A stretch of DNA of 34,049 nt, from NCBI RefSeq assembly GCF_001194135.2, contig NC_068984.1, positions 105,470,625 to 105,504,673 of the forward strand, given 5' to 3'. Shown here piece by piece: positions 1-9,849 of this stretch; within the stretch, counting starts at the first letter, position 1; every line of letters starts with the position of its first letter. The notes beneath the pieces were generated by a model. That model was not told the origin of the DNA. It did no database searches and was given only the letters and a program-made list of their open reading frames with translations. Both the position numbers and the translations under genes were made by a program. This DNA comes from Octopus bimaculoides (lineage: Eukaryota).

Positions 1-24
1 AAGCACGTTATAAAAATAAAACTA

Positions 25-27
<3 letters not shown>
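1..27 (+). mobile_element. Extreme 3' end of an R4/Dong-like LINE (continues upstream of window)
   Basis: AAGCACGTTATAAAAATAAAACTACTG followed by (AAT)n matches the 3' termini of the Dong-like copies ending at 3162 (+), 4418 (-) and 4969 (-). Confidence 0.75.
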
Positions 28-74
<47 letters not shown>

Positions 75-84
75 TAATAATAAC

Positions 85-123
<39 letters not shown>
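28..123. repeat. (AAT)n microsatellite
   Basis: Direct reading. Confidence 0.97.
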
Positions 124-127
<4 letters not shown>

Positions 128-682
128 GCCCTGATGCATTACCAGACAGTGGTTCTGATGGCTTCTTATCTTAACTGATTGGAGGTGCTATCATGTATAT
201 TGTGCTGTCTTGGTATGAAAGATGGGCTACAGCAAATATTCTGCTCAGTACCACAGATTTGCTTGTCATTTGCTTGATCTTAACCAGTTGAGCATGTCCC
301 TTAGTGGCTGACGATACGTGCATCTCTGATCATGAGCAGAAATAGTGGGGGAGCATCATAGTCATGTGTTGAGAGGAATTCTTTGGGGTTTGGATAATTC
401 ACCTTTGGAAACATGGGTATTTCGTTCGACATCCTTAAACAACCTTTATTCAAGGACCTTTTGAGCGGGATGAACTACTTGACTTGAAGAAAATTCTAAC
501 TGGGCTCCCACCTGTAAGGTCATGCGCTATTTATCTTGATATGAGATCACTATGTAATGCACATATGGTTGTGATGCATGTGCCTGGTGTACTCTTATCA
601 GACGCGTAGTCATGATGGGTATACTGGGCTTCGTATATTTTACCACAGTATCACTTTGATGGTATGTCCTGCTCTCTCACTC
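124..682. mobile_element. Unclassified ~560-bp non-coding interspersed element embedded in (AAT)n
   Basis: Complex sequence of moderate GC with sharp junctions to (AAT)n on both sides (AAT|AAATGCCCTG ... CTCTCACTC|AATAAT). No convincing ORF. Resembles a repeat I recall from Octopus sequence, not verified. Confidence 0.55.
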
Positions 683-688
683 AATAAT

Positions 689-740
<52 letters not shown>

Positions 741-845
741 TTGATAATAATAATAATAATAATAATAATAATATTGATAATAATAATAATAATAATAATG
801 ATAATAATAATGATAATAATAATGAGTATAATGATGATAATAATG

Positions 846-882
<37 letters not shown>

Positions 883-901
883 CAATAATGATAATAATAA
901 T
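683..901. repeat. Degenerate (AAT/GAT)n microsatellite
   Basis: Direct reading; source of the poly-N/poly-I/poly-Y ORFs. Confidence 0.97.
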
Positions 902-1868
902 GATTTCTACTATTGGCCACAAGGGCCCAAGACATGGACAATATCGATGGATAAGTTATTGCACCCCTCCAAAATAACACACACACAACAAGACAAATAT
1001 TACAAAAACAAATTACAAAAACATGTGGGGTTAACATCGATAAAGAGCAGATACTACCACATTAAAGGATATAACAGAGGATATATAATAGAAATTACAG
1101 AAACAGATAATAAATAAATAGAATCCCCAATAGCGGGGCAGTCCACTTAGGCTAATCCGGGGTAAACCCCACACAAAAACCCCGGATTACTTACTCTACC
1201 ATCTCAAAGGCATGGGCAAGTGCTCTCTTCCAGTTTCTTTCTTCCTGCTTAGAAAAAACATATTCAGAGTAGATCCATTCAGTCTCACCAGTCTTGCCAC
1301 TGTCGACTACCTTTTGATAAACACACTAGAAGGCAGCACCTCCCTCACTACCCCCACTTCCTCTTGAATTGATATTTGAAGAACTTGATGTGGGCTTGGC
1401 CAGATAGGAAAGTGCCTATCTTCAAACCTTTCAGACGGGTTCACCACACAGCCTCTTTTGCCACAGCCACTAAGCAGAGAAAGATCTGCTTTCCTTCTTT
1501 GCGCGTCGATCTTCACTATACACGTGGCAGACAGCTGAAATTGTCTTATACGCGGATAATACCTACTCCACACAGTCCCACAATTCTCTAATGCACGGAC
1601 ACTGAATTATTGCATGCAAGATGGTTTCGTCCCCCTACAAGCATCTCGGGCAGGTTCGGCTGTTGGCACTTCCATGCCTGAAGGGCTTGTCTCTGTAGCA
1701 ATGCCATGCCAAAGACTTTTGGATTTTGTTAGACTGTTCGCGTCGAGGCCTAGATTCAATCTAGGCCATCATCACTCTTACACTCAACTAGCCCCCTATA
1801 GAAATCTTGGGCTGTTTTCCCGCTAACGGTTTTGTGCAGCTGGTACAATGCAGTGAGCGCCTGGCAAC
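902..1868 (-). mobile_element. 5'-truncated, decayed Tx1/L1-like LINE (ORF2 C-terminus with CCHC knuckle plus 3' UTR), element A
   Basis: Minus strand reads CQALTALYQLHKTVSGKTAQDFYRG (homologous to ECRVALQQL...NAFYRG at ~12620-12700), then ...RTCPRCL*GDETILHAIIQC, with stops and frameshifts. 3' end GGGCCCTTGTGGCCAATAGTAGAAATC followed by (ATT)n; ATT repeat also at the 5' junction. Confidence 0.8.
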
Positions 1869-1889
1869 ATAATGATAATAATAATAATG

Positions 1890-1920
<31 letters not shown>
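1869..1920. repeat. (AAT)n microsatellite
   Basis: Direct reading. Confidence 0.95.
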
Positions 1921-1922
<2 letters not shown>

Positions 1923-2691
1923 GTTTCAATAATAGCTGAGAAGCTCAGGACTCAAAGCAGAGACTGAAGGATTTTTAATTGCAGCACAAGATCAAAGGCT
2001 TCTCACCAGAAATCGCTAAAAACAAGCAACGAAAAGACATACAAGTAACTGCAGAAAATGTGGTGATGGAAAAGAAATAATAGCTCATATTGTCTCTGGC
2101 TGCCCAGTCCTGGCTAAGAAGGAATATATTCACAGACACAATAGAGTTGGAACAGATATACACTGGAAGCTATGCCAACACTATGGAATAACAACTGAAA
2201 AAAACCCCCGTATAAGCACACGCCAGAAAAGGACGCAGAAAATGAGAAAACAACAATACTATGGGATATGCCAATACACACAGATAAAGAAATTAAGGCC
2301 AATAGGCCGGGTATAGTTGTCAGAGATCACCAAGAAAAAATGCTTTCTAATCGATGTATCAATACCAACAGATAACAACGTCTCTCTAAAAGAAACGGTG
2401 AATCGAATGTGGAGCCTAAAAACAGAAACACTTCCTATCATAGTGGGCGCGTTAGGCATGATAAAAAAATATCCAGACAAATACATAACAAAAACACCAG
2501 GACTTACAAGTATATATAACATACAATAGGCGCAGGAGTGGCTGTGTAGTAAGTAGCTTGCTTACCAACCACATGGTTTCGGGTTCAGTCCCACTGCGTG
2601 ACACCTTGGGCAAGTGTCTTCTACTATAGCGTCAGGCCGACCAAAGCCTTGTGAGTGGATTTGACAGACGGAAACTGAAAGAAGCCCGTCG

Positions 2692-2722
<31 letters not shown>

Positions 2723-3162
2723 ATGTGTGTATGTGTGTGTGTGTGTATGTTTGTGTGTGTGTGTGTGTATGTTTGCGTGTGTGTGTATGTTTGTGTGTGT
2801 GTGTATGTTTGTGTGTCTGTGTTTTTCCCCCAACATCACTTGACAACCGGTGCTGGTGTGTTTATGTCCCCGCAACTTAGCGATTCAGCAAGAGACCGAT
2901 ACAATAAGTACTAGGCTTACAAAGAATAAGTCCTGAGGTCGATTGCTCGACTAAAGGCGGTGATCCAGCATGGCCGCAGTCAAATGACTGAAATAAGTAA
3001 AAGAGTACAGAAAATAGCACTACTACGCACCGCGCACATCCTACATAAAACACTTTCAATACAGTGAAAATAAGAGCACTACAACAAACCACAGCACATA
3101 CCCAAGACACAGAGCTGCGCTCGGTAGTGCAGTGAAAGCACATGATAATAATAAAACTACTG
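1921..3162 (+). mobile_element. 5'-truncated R4/Dong-like LINE (CCHC knuckle + REL endonuclease + 3' UTR), interrupted by a SINE at 2527-3007
   Basis: Translates LRSSGLKAETEGFLIAAQDQ..., CRKCGDGKEIIAHIVSGC...RHN, ILWDMPIHTD...NRP.IVV...CFLIDVSIP, IIVGALG, and after the SINE QKIALLRTAHILHKTLSIQ*. Ends ...AAAACTACTG|AATAAT. Frameshifts and an internal deletion. Confidence 0.9.
2527..3007 (+). mobile_element. tRNA-headed SINE with internal (TG)n tract
   Basis: A-box-like TGGCTGTGTAGT, B-box-like GGTTCAGTCCC, internal TA/TG microsatellite, tail CCAGCATGGCCGCAGTCAAATGACTGAAATAAGTAAAAGAG. Other copies at 18961-19140, 19652-20030, 23250-23625. Confidence 0.85.
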
Positions 3163-3218
3163 AATAATAATAAATAATAATAACAATGATGATGATGATG
3201 ATGATGATGATGACGATC

Positions 3219-3281
<63 letters not shown>
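3163..3281. repeat. (AAT)n grading into (GAT)n
   Basis: Direct reading. Confidence 0.95.
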
Positions 3282-3283
<2 letters not shown>

Positions 3284-3680
3284 AGAAGAACGTTTGTAGA
3301 CAGAAACGGGTAATGACTTCAAACAGATAAGAACGCTTGCAGAAAGAAATGTATCGTATTCACGTCGGAATAAATGAAAGAAATACGAGTTAAAACAAAT
3401 AAGAGCTGTTGTTTACATACATGCATACATACATACATACATACATACATACATACATACATACACAGACAGACAAATAGACAGACAAATAGATAGATAG
3501 AGAAGAAAATCTGACCCCTTTTTTTGTAGCTGAACTGACGAAATGAATCTAATATGAGTGAAAGAAGAACTTTTATAGAAAGAAACGGGTAATAACTTCA
3601 AACCAATAAGAACGCTTGGAGAAAGAATTGTATCATATAAAAGAAAGAAATATGAGTTAAAACAAATAAGAACGCTTAGA
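3279..3680 (+). repeat. Diverged ~125-bp direct duplication separated by (TACA)n/(GATA)-like microsatellite
   Basis: GAAGAAC..T.TAGA.AGAAACGGGTAAT.ACTTCAAAC..ATAAGAACGCTTG.AGAAAGAA at ~3284 and ~3564; both continue to GAGTTAAAACAAATAAGA. Confidence 0.75.
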
Positions 3681-4188
3681 TAGACGGATAGATAGATAGA
3701 AGTAATATTGTAAGAAATGAAAATCTTATCTTGAAATCAGGAACTGTTGCTGTACGTCATGTTAATGTTACTGCCACCAGTGGTGGATTTAGAGCTGGGT
3801 GTGCTAGAAATAGCAGCCAAATCTTTTGAGGTGAGATACGTTGAATGCACTCGAAAGAAACCTATGGAAAAAAAAAACTATTTCACAACGAGGTTACAAA
3901 CGGGTCTTTTACGAAATATTTACCGTATTTTTAAAGTCATTTTCACTTTAAAATATTTTGTCCATCATTATGTCTAATGGAAAGGTTTGCGTTTCTTCCC
4001 TTTCAGGATTGTTATTTTCGGAGTATTTCCCCATTATGCACTGTTTTGGGTATTTATACCCCCAAAAGCCGAATGTTCACTGATCCGATTTACATGAAAC
4101 TTGTTTTATTCCGTTTGTATTCACAATTCAGAGGCATTTTACTTTCAAAGTATTTTGCCATTATGCGCTGGTTAGGCTGTGTAACATT

Positions 4189-4224
<36 letters not shown>
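4189..4224. repeat. (GCAA)n microsatellite
   Basis: Direct reading. Confidence 0.95.
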
Positions 4225-4225
<1 letters not shown>

Positions 4226-4262
4226 TTCATTTTTAATGTATTATAGATAATAATAATCATAA

Positions 4263-4326
4263 TTCTCTGTACTACAGACACAAGGCCTGAAATTTGACTG
4301 CAGAGTTGATTATATTGAGCCCAGTT
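4263..4326 (-). mobile_element. 3' tail fragment of the SINE family at 7012-7188 (ATT-type tail)
   Basis: Reverse strand ...TTTCAGGCCTTGTGTCTGTAGTACAGAGA followed by ATT repeats, matching the tail of the 7012-7188 copy. Confidence 0.6.
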
Positions 4327-4344
4327 TATTATTATTATTATTAA

Positions 4345-4414
<70 letters not shown>

Positions 4415-4417
4415 GTT
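4327..4417. repeat. (ATT)n microsatellite
   Basis: Direct reading. Confidence 0.97.
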
Positions 4418-4909
4418 CAGTAGTTTTCATAACGTGCTTTCACTTCACTACCGAGCACAGCTCTGTGCGCCTTGGGTATGTGCTGTGGTTTGCTGTGATA
4501 CTCTTATGGTTACTGTATTGAAAGTGTTTTGCGTAGGATGTGTGCAGTGCCCAGTAGTGCAATTTTCTGTATGCTATATATATTTGTAAGTCCTGGTGTT
4601 TTTCTTATGTATTTGTCTGAATATTTTTTTATTATACCTAAGGCACCTACTATGATAGGAATTGTTTCTGTTTTTAGATTCCACATTCGAGTTACCTCTA
4701 TTTCCAGGTCTTTGTATTTTGAAAGTTTTTCCATTTCTTTTAGGGAAACGTTGTCATCTGCTGGTATTGATACATCAATTAGAAGGCATTTTCTAACTTC
4801 ATGATTTTTGACAACTATATCTGGTCTATTGGCCTTAATTTCTCTATCTGTGTGTATTGGCATATCCCAGAGTATGGTTGCTTTCTCATTTTCTGTGACC
4901 TTTTCTGGC

Positions 4910-4910
<1 letters not shown>
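4418..4910 (-). mobile_element. 5'-truncated R4/Dong-like LINE (intact REL domain + 3' UTR)
   Basis: ORF 4510-4989: ILWDMPIHTDREIKANRPDIVV...CLLIDVSIPADDNVSLKEMEKLSKYKDL...IPIIVGALG...LLGTAHILRKTL, a PD-(D/E)xK REL domain of R4-clade type. (AAT)n on both sides. Confidence 0.92.
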
Positions 4911-4968
<58 letters not shown>

Positions 4969-4971
<3 letters not shown>

Positions 4972-5287
4972 TAGTCTTATTTTTATCACGTGCTTTCACC
5001 TAGCGCAGCTCTGTGTACCTTGAGTTTGTGCTGTAGTTTGTTGTGGTGCTCTTATTCTCACTGTATTGAAAGTGTTTTACGTAGGATGTGCGCGGTGTGT
5101 AGCAGTGATATTTTCTGTATGCTTTATACACTTCGAAGTCCTGGTGTTTTTGTTATGTATTTGTCTGAATGTTTTTTTATCATACCTAATGTGCCTACTA
5201 TTATAGGAATTGCTTCTGTTTTTAGGCTCCGCATTCGAGTTACCACTATTTCCAGATCTTTGTATTTTGAAAGTTTCGCCGTTTCTA

Positions 5288-5289
<2 letters not shown>
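4969..5289 (-). mobile_element. Shorter 5'-truncated R4/Dong-like LINE (REL C-terminal half + 3' UTR)
   Basis: ETAKLSKYKDLEIVVTRMRSLKTEAIPIIVGTLGMIKK; 3' end ...AAGACTACTG|AATAAT; (AAT)n at 4911-4968 and 5290-5375. Confidence 0.9.
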
Positions 5290-5375
<86 letters not shown>

Positions 5376-5377
<2 letters not shown>

Positions 5378-6055
5378 GTTTGGCTTTTGCTTTGTATTTG
5401 TGGCAATCTTTATTGTTAATTCTAGTTGTAAAAGTCCACGGCCACCCTCTTTTCTTAGCAGGTAAAGTCGTTCTATATCCATGCATTGTCAACAAATTTA
5501 GTATTTTACTATCCAGATTGCAGATTCAAGTAATTGACCAGTCACGACCGGAATGGCTAAAGTATTGATCTCTTCGATCCTGTTTCTAGCATTCAGCTCT
5601 GTCTTGAATACTTACCCAGCGATAACATTCTTTTCTGATCTTTCCCCTCATCATTGAATGTTTTATTCCTTCACCTTCAAATACTCCTAGGTATTTGTAG
5701 CTATCCACTGTTTCTAACTCCTCTATGATATTCTGCTGGTCAAGATTAACGATGGATGTTTCTATCATTTTTCCTCTGATAAAAGTAGCTTCTGCACATT
5801 TATCGAGACCAAATTGCATCGTGGTGTCATCACTGAATTGTTTAACAATTGCTAGTAAGCCCTGCAGTTGCTGGATATTTTTTGAAAAAATCTTTAAATC
5901 ATCCATGTAAAAGAGACGATTTATAGTTTTATCAAAAATTTTATAACCATATTTTATATCATCGAGCAATTTCGTAAGAGGTATTAAGGCTAGACAAAAA
6001 AAGGAGCGGTGATAGAGAGTCAACCTGGAAAATGTCACATGAAATTCTTACATCT
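5376..6055 (-). mobile_element. R4/Dong-like reverse transcriptase fragment (RT motifs 4-7 and post-RT region)
   Basis: DIFQVDSLSPLLF / FCLALIPL...LFYMDDLK...FGLDKCA...YKYLG; frameshifted and cut at the 3' side by (AAT)n. Confidence 0.88.
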
Positions 6056-6190
6056 GTCATTTCTTTCTCCATCAATATTTCCATTTCCAAAATCCCCAGG
6101 TACTTATAGCCCGTCTCTTCTATCTGCTTCATAACCTCGCCCGACGGTATCGTTAACTCGTCGAAACATTTGATTTTACCTCTCTTCAAG
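6056..6190 (-). mobile_element. RT motif-7 fragment of a second Dong-like subfamily
   Basis: VLDLKRGKIKCFDELTIPSGEVMKQIEETGYKYLGILEME. A second YKYLG with different sequence from the one in 5376-6055. Confidence 0.65.
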
Positions 6191-6897
6191 TCAAGCACTA
6201 AGAGCAAACGACATAAAATACAGAATAGACAATACAGCAGAAAATGATAAGTGCAGAATATGTGGACAAAATGGTGAAGCCATATGGCATATTACCAGCC
6301 AATGTACGCCACTAGCTGAGAAGGAATATAAGAGACGCCACGACAATATAGCCAAGCTTGTCCATTGGACACTTTGCAACAACTATGAACTTGACAGAGC
6401 AAAAAATTGGTATGACCACAAACCTGAAAGCCTCGTCGAAAATGAAAATGCAAAGATTCTATGGGATTTTATGAGTCATTGAGGCCATGAGATAGAGAAT
6501 AGAAAGCCGGACATAGTCTTAATTGAGAAAGAAAACAAACTATGCTGAATCATAGATATAGCATGCCCAGCTGACAACATGGTATGCGATAATGAAGAAA
6601 GAAAAGTCGAGAGATATGATAGGTTAGCTTGGGAAGTTAAGCAGTTGTGGTCAATGAAAAAGATAGCAGTAGTACCAATAATTGTCGGAGCCCTGGGAAC
6701 AGTGAGCAAAAATCTCGAGAAGTACGTGGAACACATAAGGGCTGCAATAAAGGTGGAGCACTTGCAGAAAACAGCAGTGCTTGGAACGCTCGAATACTCC
6801 GGAAGGTGCTCGAAAAACAATAGATGTTACCTTAGTTCACTGGTAGTGAAGAGCTGACACTGTAATACATCTCCAGCGTTAGAAACTGTGCAAAGGC
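6191..6897 (+). mobile_element. 5'-truncated R4/Dong-like LINE, second subfamily (CCHC + REL + 3' UTR)
   Basis: QALRANDIKYRIDNTAENDKCRICGQNGEAIWHITSQC...RRHDN...ILWDF...RKPDIVL...IIDIACP...VVPIIVGALG; ends TGTGCAAAGGC|AATAAT. Confidence 0.9.
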
Positions 6898-6941
<44 letters not shown>

Positions 6942-7011
6942 TGATAATAATGATAATGAAGATGATGATGATGATGATAATAATAATAATAATAATAATA
7001 ATATTAATAAT
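6898..7011. repeat. (AAT/GAT)n microsatellite
   Basis: Direct reading. Confidence 0.95.
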
Positions 7012-7188
7012 CCTCTCTACTATAGGCACAGGCTTGAAATTTGGCTCAGTGTTTCACTGGTACTTAATTTATCGACTTCGAAAGGATGAAAGGCAAAGTC
7101 AACCTCGGCGGAATTTGAACTCAGAACGTAGCGACGGGCGAAATACCGCTAAGCATTTCATCCAGCGCACTAACGATTCTGCTAGCTC
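7012..7188 (-). mobile_element. tRNA-headed SINE with a Meta-domain-like core, ATT-type tail
   Basis: Reverse strand: GCTAGCAGAATCGTTAG...GTTCTGAGTTCAAATTCCGCCGAGGTTGACTTTGCCTTTCATCCTTTCGAAGTCGATAAATTAAGTACCAGT...GCCTGTGCCTATAGTAGAGAGG|ATTATT. AAT repeats on both sides. Confidence 0.85.
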
Positions 7189-7984
7189 TAATAATAATCT
7201 CTCATAGGTACCTCTCTCGTGACACGGCATTCGTATGCCAAAGCTCATATGCAACAAATACGGAGAAGTAATCGCAAACACAGTACAACTACACACAGTA
7301 CGTACAGATGCGTCTACACACATACACATGTACGTGGAAACAGAAAGTCACATAGAAACAGAAAAAAAGCGGTCAGCAAGTGATGAAAATTATGGAGCAA
7401 TTTCGAGCGCAAGCTGTCAAGTAATTTGAAGTTGTGCTTTGTTCTGCGTAGAAATGATGGAGCAATTTGAGGCATAATTTTTTTGTTTTAAAACTTAGAT
7501 TACGATATTTCTTCAGTAATTATAGCAACTCTATTTGAGACCAAGTGAGACATGTACAATTTTAGTAATAAGTAATCTTTTGAAAATAATTTTCTTTAGG
7601 TTCTATATATTTCATTTGTGTTTATTTTTTTTTTTATCACTAAAATTAGTGGACAATCTTACTTTGTCATTCAGCAGTTAGTATAATTTTGTTTCACAGT
7701 CTATGCAGAATTTTTCTTTTATGCAATCTGCGTACACACATGCCCGCGAACACATGTATTATTTCACATAGGCATATTGATGCTAATAACCAATTATGAG
7801 AGCTCAATACACTTATATTTTTTAATAAAGCGTCAAGTAAATGCAGAGCGTAATAATAGTTAATGACTGATACAAGGACAGGAGTTACGCATTCACTTTC
7901 ATTAACTTATAACCGTTTCTGCTATAAGAAGCATTGCATTCAGAGCTGAGTGCTTAGAGCATTAATGGCGCCATTTAAATGAAA

Positions 7985-8049
7985 TTATATATATATATTT
8001 ACACACACACACACACACACATACACACACATATATATATATATATCCG

Positions 8050-8089
<40 letters not shown>

Positions 8090-8156
8090 CATATATATAT
8101 ATATATGCATATATACACACATATATATATACGTACGTACATATATGTATGTATAT
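7985..8156. repeat. Compound (TA)n/(CA)n microsatellite
   Basis: Direct reading. Confidence 0.9.
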
Positions 8157-8405
8157 GATGGCTGCCCCCTCGTTATCGAGTATGGCCATTGCACGAAATT
8201 TAACTTAACGGTGCTGTGATCGAATGTGACTTTTTAGCCCAGCCAAAGATCTACAATGTCTTGCACAGAGCTGGCATCCAAAACCTTTACTAGCAATAGC
8301 TGGCTGTTGTTGTAATTGGGCTCCATGTACCTTTGCGTGTCGTTTAAGTCCTCCTGCTGAATCACACTCCCTTCCACATGCCCGACAGACATGATTAGTA
8401 TGGTG
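8157..8405 (-). mobile_element. 3' end of an RTE-like LINE encoding two C-terminal C2H2 fingers
   Basis: CRACGRECDSAGGLKRHAKVH and CQLCARHCRSLAGLKSHIRSQH (Cx2Cx12Hx3-4H), stop, short 3' UTR ending CGAGGGGGCAGCCATC then TA-rich repeat. Flanked by TA/CA microsatellite on both sides; no splice acceptor upstream. Confidence 0.6.
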
Positions 8406-8473
8406 TATGTATATATGCATATATATATACACACACATATATACGTATGTACATATATGTATGTATATATGCT

Positions 8474-8505
<32 letters not shown>

Positions 8506-8605
8506 NNNNNNNNNNNNNNNNNNNNNNNNNNNNNNNNNNNNNNNNNNNNNNNNNNNNNNNNNNNNNNNNNNNNNNNNNNNNNNNNNNNNNNNNNNNNNNN
8601 NNNNN

Positions 8606-8650
8606 TCTATCTATCTATCTATCTATATATCTATCTATCTATCTATCTAT
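8606..8650. repeat. (TCTA)n microsatellite
   Basis: Direct reading, immediately after a gap. Confidence 0.95.
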
Positions 8651-9171
8651 CGATCGACTGACGTGTTGTCGCATCGGCCCCGAAGGTAATCGTTTTTCTG
8701 ACCAGTTATAGCCCACATTTTGCTTACATTTTTGCACCCAAGGTATGTGAAGCACCCAACTTTCATTTGAGTGTCTTTCCAAGAGAGGAATTGGCCCCTA
8801 GGGACAGTTTCAACCTTAATTGAATTGTATATTTTTCTTCTCGACTTTAAAAAATGTCGAGAAATGTAATCATAGAACGCTGGTCAAATTCCTTCAAGGA
8901 CCAGCATTTCCTTAGCCTTGAAACGCTAGGAGAAAAAAAAAGAAGAATAACTCCTGCACGCGTACACATACAACTATAGACATGAAAAATAGTAAGAAAT
9001 CAAAGGCAAACCTGAGTGACGTGGAAGTGAACGCTGCAACTATGATCGTTAACAGCCCTGTCACCAATACATCAATTGGTGGCATAATTTGCCACTGTTC
9101 AAGTTCGTTTCCACAGCGAAAAATTAGCAAAGCAATTTTCGACACTCATTCTTTGCACAGATCAGCTGATA

Positions 9172-9840
9172 ATGATACCCAGCTATCTTTGGCAAAGAGT
9201 GACGAAGGTAACAATAAAGTATGTGCTTCTAGAGGTAGAGACCCAATGGTTGTTATCTGCCCTCTGCTTCGAAATGGAGGAAGCTAATATTTTAGAAATT
9301 TCTGTCCTTGAACAGCAAAACTGGGTAGGTAAAAAGCTCGAGATACTTCTACAGATCGATAAAGAATCGATCAATAAATTACCAACAAATATTCAATTAG
9401 CAGAAGGACACAATTTGTATGTAGTGGTGGAGGGCAGGAGGCCACAGTGTTATTTGTGCAACAGCGAAACACATCTGAAAAATGATTGTCCAACTGCCGC
9501 CAAAAAACAAGAACAGCAACAAGAACAACAACCACGACCAAAACCTGGAAGAAAACCCCTGCTACCCACACCACCTTCGACACAAAAGACAATAAAAGCA
9601 GCACCAACAATCGACAACAGAGCAACCCCTGTAAAAACACCAAGAAGTGAAGATACAGGAAGAACAAAAGAAGCTACAAAAACTGATTCCTTCTCCCCTG
9701 TATCGCATACACCTAACACAAATAACCATCAACCAACGAAAACAACAACACAACCACTTACAGAAACGCACAGAGACACTTATAACATGCCCTTACCCCC
9801 TTCCAATTCTTCAGAATTTTCGTCGGAAGACGAAAGTAGT
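9172..9840 (+). pseudogene. LINE ORF1 (gag-like) with CCHC zinc knuckle and P/T/K-rich tail
   Basis: VVVEGRRPQCYLCNSETHLKNDC = Cx2Cx4Hx4C, preceded by a segment resembling other LINE ORF1 RRM-like regions. Confidence 0.75.
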
Positions 9841-9849
9841 GAGGACAGT

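Noticed and set aside
124-185. HDV-like ribozyme at the 5' end of the 124-682 element
   Set aside because: CAGT/ACTG-like and ACC/GGT pairings are suggestive, but I could not build a P1 helix by hand; left as a test, not a feature.
578-1117. 179-aa ORF with poly-Asn and overlapping poly-Ile/Leu/Tyr ORFs
   Set aside because: Translation of (AAT/GAT)n in stop-free frames; the same applies to the poly-N/I/L, HT/CV/YI and LSIY ORFs throughout the window.
4990-5568. 192-aa hydrophobic + strand ORF
   Set aside because: Antisense reading of Dong-like fragments plus (ATT)n.
8205-8438. Host C2H2 zinc-finger gene exon
   Set aside because: No TGEKP linker, no splice acceptor, begins in microsatellite and ends in a retroelement-like tail.
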